Source: Octopus vulgaris (Eukaryota). From it: a stretch of 64,000 nt of DNA. The stretch lies in the NCBI GenBank assembly GCA_951406725.2, contig OX597838.1, forward strand, positions 2,108,001 through 2,172,000, in the 5' to 3' direction. Each line of letters opens with the position of its first letter. Position 1 is the stretch's first letter. This document shows positions 57,105 to 64,000 of the stretch, one piece after another. The notes under the pieces are model-generated. The model saw only the letters and a list, made by a program, of their open reading frames with translations. It made no database searches and was not told where the DNA came from. Both the position numbers and the translations under genes were made by a program.

Positions 57105-57375
57105 AACTTCGTAAGTGGCTGAGTATACTGCAGACTTAGCGCTCCCTTAAAGTAATTCTCAGGCGGAATCGATGAGACAGAATGCGTGACCAGGTTGTAC
57201 ATTTCGTATTACGGGTACATTTCATTCAGTGGGTGTCAATGCAGATAATGTTTACCCGAATTCCTTTGCAAGATTCAGGTTATTGCGAGGATATTGAAAA
57301 TAACATTTGCCCAAAAGGAAGTGCAATGGGATCGAAACCGGAAAATTGGTCTTTGCGATTCGGACATACTGCGTC
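57105..57375 (-). mobile_element. Degenerate CORE-type SINE
   Basis: aagtggctgagtatact…ttgcccaaa…gggatcgaaacc. Confidence 0.5.
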
Positions 57376-57566
57376 TAGTGAACAACCAACACTACTTCTG
57401 CTACATCTCCACCACTACACACCATCACAACCACAACCACCACTACACCACCATCACTACCATTACCTGTAGCTCCGATGGCCAATAACACTACTCTCCG
57501 TCGTCAATACCACCACCAGCCTCACCCACCCGACCGACCGCCCCATTATCCATTTCCTCCTCTTAC

Positions 57567-57654
57567 CTGGGAATTCTTCCTTTTTGTTTCATGCGAAAGA
57601 TGAAACCTTGGAACTGAGATGTCTTGTGTTTCAGTAAGTGACTGTCATTGATAT
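57567..57654 (-). CDS. Putative 88-nt exon (xINDSHLLKHKTSQFQGFIFRMKQKGRIPR)
   Basis: Pyrimidine tract with acceptor cctcttaatatag; strong donor CAG|gtaaga; only the phase-1 frame is open, ending in phase 2. Confidence 0.45.
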
Positions 57655-58602
57655 CTATATTAAGAGGACATTGGAGAGGGAGAGGGGGGAGAGGGAGGGA
57701 GAGAGAGAGAGGGAGGGAGAGAGAGAGAGGGAGGGAGAGAGAGGGGAATAGAGGAAGAGACAGTGAGAGAGAGACAGTGAGACAGAGGGAGAGGGAGAGA
57801 GACAGACAGAAAGAAGGAGATAGAGGGAGATGAAGGAGAGAGATTAATACAAGATTAGAGGTAAAATAGAGTGTGAGAGAGAGAGAGAGAAAGAGAAAGA
57901 GAGAAATAAAGAAAGAGAGAGAGAGAGAGAAAGAGAGCGACAGACAGACAGAGAGAAAGGGAAAGTGAAGGGGATAGAGGGAGAGACAGAGAGAAAGACG
58001 GAGATAGAGGGAGAGAGATTAATACAAGATTAGAGGGGAAAAGAGAGACAAATAGACAGAGAGAAAGGGTCCAGCAGTTACAGCAAGACCAGTGGCAGCA
58101 GCAGCAGCAGTAACAACAACAACAACAGTAGTGTTAAGGTGAACAGATCTGAAATATCCTGAAATTCAGTTTTCATTTCGACTTAATTTTATTTGATTAA
58201 GGATTAAGCGAGGGGGAGAGGGAGGAGTGAGGAGGAGAGAAGAAGAAGAGAAAGGTGGGGTGGGGAGAGAGATGGGGAGAAGAGGGAGAGAAACGGAGGA
58301 GAGGGAGAATAGATGAAGGAGAAAGAGCGGAAGAGAAAGAGAACTTGAGAGACAGTGTTAGAGAGAGACTGGTAGAGGGAGAGAGAGAGAGAGAGAGAGA
58401 GAGTGAGAGAGAGTTTGACAGGCAGAAAAAATCTGAAAAAGAGACTTTTAAACTTTATTAACTGAAATAATAGGAAATAATTAATAAAACAACCAACACA
58501 GAGAGAAACAACATTCTGTGGTAGGAGGAAAACGAAGAGGCGGAGGATGAGGGGGAGAAGAAGCAGCAGCAGTAGTCGCAGTAGTAGGAGGAAGAGGAGG
58601 AG

Positions 58603-58936
58603 ACCCCTTCGGTTATGAATGACCCTGGGATTGCATCTACAAAGTTCCCCTCCGAGGCACGAGTCCGGGCAAGGTTGTTTTGTGGAAGGCCAGTAGTCGC
58701 CCGTGCATAACACCCTGCCCTCTGCACACCACTGATGTTATCCTAGAGAAAGGCAAAGGGGCCGATACAGCTTGGCACCAGTGATGTCGCAACTCGTTTC
58801 TACAGATGAGTGGAACTGGAGCAATGTGAAATAAAGTGTCTTGCTCAAGAACACAACACACAGCCCAGTCCGGGAATAGAACTCACTACCTCACGATCGT
58901 ATGCTCGACGCTCTAACCACTGAGTCATGCGCCTTC
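58603..58936 (-). mobile_element. Full-length tRNA-head CORE-type SINE (family B)
   Basis: Reverse complement closely matches 46028-46347. Confidence 0.9.
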
Positions 58937-58987
58937 ACAGTTGCAGTGGTAATAGCAAAAGTAGCGGTAGTAATAAAAATTGTGGTG

Positions 58988-59098
<111 letters not shown>

Positions 59099-59129
59099 AA
59101 GTACTAGTATTGTATATTTAAACGGGAAA

Positions 59130-59300
59130 GTGTGTGTGTCTGTGAGTGTGTGTGTGTCTGTGAGTGTGTGTGTGTCTGTGAGTGTGTGTGTGTGTCTGTG
59201 AGTGTGTGTGTGTCTGTGAGTGTGTGTGTGTCTGTGAGTGTGTGTGTGTCTGTGAGTGTGTGTGTGTCTGTGAGTGTGTGTGTGTCTGTGAGTGTGTGTG
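59130..59300. repeat. 18-bp minisatellite (tgtgtgtgtctgtgagtg)n, about 9 units
   Basis: Directly visible; gives the DTHTLT repeat ORF. Confidence 0.9.
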
Positions 59301-60099
59301 CGTGTTTATTTAAACAAGTCCAATATATATTTACTTCTACCGACATTGCTACTGGTATTTTTTATGCCTGCGATGTTAAAACAAAATTTGATTGAGGGAG
59401 ATTTGGTTACTATTTCTGGACCATGACGAGTGACTACGTAGAGGCTTCATTGACCTGGCTCCACAAAAACAGTTGAGCGTCAAGAGAAATGCCCTTCATT
59501 GTTGAAAACGGTGGATTTTTGATTTGTGGGCGTTTTGACACTATTTCTAGCATATCCTTTTACCTCTCCCCTCTGCTTGACACATTCCACATTATTCACA
59601 GGTTAAGCTGCTAGAAGGCGCCATGTTTGTATCTTTGGTATTGACGTTGATGTATTAGCTTTGAAGTATGGTTGTTGTTATGGTGACCGCTGGTTTCACA
59701 CATTTTCACATTTATATCAACCGCTGCGTATGACATTAACGTTTACAATTTATATTCAAACTGCTTTCTCCACGTCAGCAAAATATAGGATAATATATTC
59801 CAAAAAATATTGAAATATTCGCAAAAATAATGTAAGTAAAAAGAAATGAAAACAAAAGATGTTTTGGATTTCCGTTTGAGAAAGGAAAATATGTGTAAAA
59901 AAAAAAAAAACTACACCATAGTTAATAGTTGGATCACGTGGTTGACAAATTGTCAGCTGACATTTAAAACGATGAGAAGCATGGAGAACACGCGTGGAAT
60001 GTCCCTCAGCTCTCTCAACGTCGATAACGAAAAGAAAGAAGAAGAAGAAGAAGAAGAAGAAGAAGAAGAAGAAGAAGAAGAAGAAGAAGAAGAAGAAGA

Positions 60100-60268
60100 A
60101 TGATTTCAAATTTTTGCCACAACGGCAACTTGGGGGAGTGGATTAAGTCGATTACCTTGACCCCAGTGCATGACTGGTACTTATTTAACCAAACCTGAAG
60201 CAATGAAAGGTAAAGTCGACCTCGGCGGAATTTGAACTCAGAATGTAGCGGCGGGTGAAGTACCGCAA
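60100..60268 (-). mobile_element. Family A SINE
   Basis: gaccccagtgcatgactggtacttattt…atgaaaggtaaagtcgacctcggcggaatttgaactcagaa. Confidence 0.85.
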
Positions 60269-60329
60269 ATAATAATAACTGCCCTGATATAGTACTAGGC
60301 AGTGGGTCTCATGGTATTATAATAGAAGT

Positions 60330-61380
60330 AACAAACCTACAAACGCCTAGGAATAAATGATGACTCTGGCATTCAAGATGCAGGCATGAAAGAGGAGATT
60401 AGGAAGGAACGTTACTGGAGAGTCCGAGCAGTTCTGCAATCTGAGCTAAATTCACTTGAGAAGGTGTTAGCCATGAATTCCTGAGCTGTTCCAGTTGTCA
60501 CTTATAGATTCAATGTGTTGGATTAGAATATCAGTGAAGAAAAGGAAATTGACAGAAAATACGCAAACTGCCCAGTGGCGATAAGATGCACCGCTCAAAG
60601 GCAGGCGTGATTTGCTATTGTTGTTGTCGCTAAGTAACAAGACGGATAAGGGTGATTAGGTGATGGTCTAGGGAGACCCCAGACCTTGGAAATAAAAAAG
60701 CTTTGGTCGTCTTGATGTAGTCGAGGGCTCTTCGTTGACGCCCGACACCACTAGGAGGAGGTGGCCCTCGAAGTCGCTGGAAATGGAAATCTCCACGTCC
60801 AAATTCTTGAACGGCTGTGATTTGCTTGTAACTGAGGGAGAAAATGTAAAGATTGTTTGGGACTTCTAAGTACATACAGACCGAATCATCACAGCTAACA
60901 AATCGCATATTATTGTGAAACAATGAAGTTTGTTTATGGATCGACATCAGCATTCCTTGTGATCATTATATCTCTGCAAAAGAGTTTAACAAGCTTAGAA
61001 AATATAAAGATTTGCTCATTGAAACTGATAAAATGTGGCATCTGGAGACGGTTACGATACCAGTGATTGTAGAAGCACTTGGAATGATAAAAAAAAAAGA
61101 AACTAGAAGTCATATGAGAATGAATCTCGGTTTACCACCCCCCGCACGAAGAACAAAAGCTTGTATTAACTGGTCCGTGACACGCATTGAGACGAGCATT
61201 GTCGATGTGAGAACGATTCCCACCCATGAATTTTTATTTTTTTGTTCACATAAATTCATTTCATTTTGAAAATGAAGAATCTGGTGCGTTTCACTTCTTG
61301 GCCTATCAATGTATAACAGTGAATTTCTTTGCCCTAGGAGTCGGGAAGGCAATCGGCAAGAAATGGAAACAAAATCGAAA
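60330..61380 (+). mobile_element. R4/Dong-like LINE fragments (RT thumb and RLE), interrupted at ~60620-60830
   Basis: TYKRLGIN…MKEEIRKERYWRVRAVLQSELNS…AVPVVTY; VKIVWDF*VHTDRIITANK…WIDISIPCD…KYKDLLIETDKMWHLETVTIPVIVEALG. Confidence 0.85.
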
Positions 61381-61390
61381 GAAGAAAAAC

Positions 61391-61444
<54 letters not shown>

Positions 61445-61653
61445 CAGTAGTAGTAGTAGTGGTGGTGGTGGTGGTGGTGGTGGTGGTTACAAAGAAAATC
61501 GGTTGCTCTTTCACATTCACTCTTTCAGGATTACTGAAACAAGAACAAAAACGAAAACCAAACTAAAGAATTTGGTCTGCAAAACCCCAGAAAATAAAAG
61601 ATCGAAAAGATACGTCGATCTTTAACGAAATCGATAGCGAAAAATATACAAAT

Positions 61654-61689
<36 letters not shown>

Positions 61690-61714
61690 AGGAAGGAAAC
61701 AAAGAAAGAAAGAG

Positions 61715-62350
61715 GCTTAGTAGAGAAATGTAATGGAACCAAAAAGTGAAGTCGTATCCGAAATCAAAGAACGCCTGAAATAAGATATTCTCGCCCAAAT
61801 CACAAAGAATCAGTTGTTATGAAAAGCGTCAGTGATTCTTTGTATAAAACAAGCCCCAGACGATTTTATCTGGAACTAAGCGAAAGTAAAATAGAAATCA
61901 ATGCAAAACAAACATTAAGAAAAAGTTGAAGAATTCTTTGGAGGAACTTGGTCTGCGACGGAATGGCCATTGACGAGATACTGTAAAACAACGAACTCAA
62001 CTAATGAAGAATCGCAAAAGACTAAATCAAATCCAAGAACTAACGAGGAAATGCTACAAAAAATGGACGCCTGGAAGGCACTGAGAAATGGTAAAGTCTA
62101 AAAGAAATGGTTGAGTTATTTGACAGATAATGTGCTGGCAAAATTATTTAATAAGCTTGGAATGGAGTTTGGGTGAAGCCTTGTCTGTTATTTAATTAGA
62201 CAGAATCTTGTTAAGGCCGTAACAAGGCGAAATGAAATGCAAAAATATTTCTTCGATATTTCGAAGGATAGGACAGCTTCGTGAGGACCCGTGGGAAATG
62301 GGAGACAGAGATGAACTATTATCATCACAGGAAGTGGGTCTGGAAAAATC
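61715..62350 (+). mobile_element. Pre-RT fragment of an R4/Dong-like LINE, decayed
   Basis: PRRFYLEL…VEEFF…W and AWKALRNG…KWLSYLT, resembling NWKAPGxD…WLKxL. Confidence 0.55.
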
Positions 62351-62390
62351 TTTAATGAACGCCTCTCGTGCATGTACATATATATATACA

Positions 62391-62454
<64 letters not shown>

Positions 62455-62489
62455 TGTATATGTATATATATATATCTGTATGTGTGTGC

Positions 62490-62700
62490 GTCTTTCTGCC
62501 ATCCTTTTCCCCCTGCCACCACTTGACAACCGATGTTAGTGTGTTTGCATCCCAGTAAGTAGCGGTTCGGCAAAAGAGACCGATGGAATAAGTGCCAGGC
62601 ATAAAATAGAAGTACTTAGATCGAATCATTTGACTAAAAATTCTTCAAGGCGGTGCCCCAGCATGGCCTCAGTCTTCTGACTGAAGCAAGTAAAAGAAAA
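62490..62700 (-). mobile_element. SINE-like family C copy
   Basis: cttgacaaccgatgttagtgtgttt…agcggttcggcaaaagagaccgatggaataagt…aaggcggtgccccagcatggcc. Confidence 0.8.
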
Positions 62701-63509
62701 GGATAACTATCCAATATGGCGGTTGTCATTAAGGACGGTGCTGCGTGTTTGAGGGAGATCTGTTTTTGACACATATTTCGGTGGAGCATCAACACAGAGT
62801 AATATGTGTTCGTAACTGGGAGACGAATACCGCAACGCGAGTCATTGACTGCATGTCAATGTCTCACAGTCATCGTAGTCTACAATGTTTCAGATGTATC
62901 CTAGGTGAACATGGACAGACAAATGTGATCTAATGATCAGTGGTCAAAAACAGTAACGACATTTTGATAAGATGAAACATTCCACCGTTCACCAAAATGG
63001 CTGCGCTTCCGCTACATTATACCGTGTAATATTACACATATCCGTTAACAGATGAAAACTTTAAACAAGCTCTAATTGATATATAAATCATCTCCGTTTC
63101 TTGAATAACCGATAACACGTGATTATAAAATATAAAACAAAATAAAATTTAAAAGACAAAGAGAAATACTATATAAGAAGTAAATAAACAAATTACGTTT
63201 CAATATTGCGGATGTTATCAATATTTTAAAGACAACACTCTAGTACGGCGCCTTGTTAACGTCATTCAATGAGATTCTCTTGGGGTTTCACCGTGTGAAA
63301 TAGTTTTTTTAACGAATTAATCAAAATATTTCTGACATTATCAGAGGAAAGACTCTATAAATGTTTTTTTTTTTTTTGATACACGGAATGCTTAAATTAA
63401 ACTGGCGCGTTGACTTACATCTACACACGCCTATACACACTTATACCTATGCAGGCATTTATTGCAGGTATATAAAATACATACATAAATATATATATAC
63501 ACACACACA

Positions 63510-63626
<117 letters not shown>

Positions 63627-63848
63627 CATATGTATATATATTTATACTGTACGGGTATACACACACGCACAACATACAAACACAGGCATATATGTACAAC
63701 CATACGGATATCTGTGTATATATATATACGCATATATGCATAGTTACTCACACACGCACATACACGTACATACTCGTGTATACATGGATGTACACACGCA
63801 TGTGTATCTGAGTCTATAACAGTGTGTGTATATAGAGAGATTTCTCAC

Positions 63849-63920
63849 CGTGGGGCAGCTCATTAGGTGTATTTGTAGTAGTCATTATATACATGCCATT
63901 CCACATGTGTAGTCATGTAC
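63849..63920 (-). CDS. Putative 72-nt exon; either start exon (MWNGMYIMTTTNTPNELPH-D from 63906) or a terminal exon (YMTTHVEWHVYNDYYKYT*)
   Basis: Acceptor tactcag, donor ACG|gtgaga; phase-1 end is compatible with the 57654 exon. Confidence 0.3.
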
Positions 63921-63937
63921 CTGAGTATATATATATG

Positions 63938-63987
<50 letters not shown>

Positions 63988-64000
63988 TGTATGTGTGGCT

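Noticed and set aside
63907-63920. In-frame TGA as selenocysteine (xT-U-LH)
   Set aside because: Context matches no selenoprotein motif I know and no SECIS was identified

Overview
AT-rich eukaryotic DNA saturated with microsatellites ((TA)n, (CA)n, (TACA)n, (TATC)n, (GA)n, (AAT)n, (ATC)n, (ACT)n, (GAA)n). The SINE repertoire and repeat density point to a cephalopod, most likely Octopus; this is recognition from memory, not a database hit. Almost all listed ORFs are microsatellite artefacts. Supported content: (1) an internally deleted mariner with TIRs and TA target sites, and a truncated maT/DD37D-like transposon; (2) decayed Penelope-like element (PLE) RT and GIY-YIG fragments; (3) several R4/Dong-like RLE LINE fragments and one RTE LINE fragment; (4) many SINEs of at least three families; (5) a set of mutually unrelated short inserts in (TA)n tracts that carry minimal type-I hammerhead ribozyme (HHR) motifs, two of them with inverted duplications whose inner ends fall on HHR stem III; (6) a tentative minus-strand multi-exon gene of about 90 aa with a 24-nt microexon; (7) a few unique islands with regularly spaced transcription-factor motifs. 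No CRISPR, rRNA or intact tRNA genes were seen.
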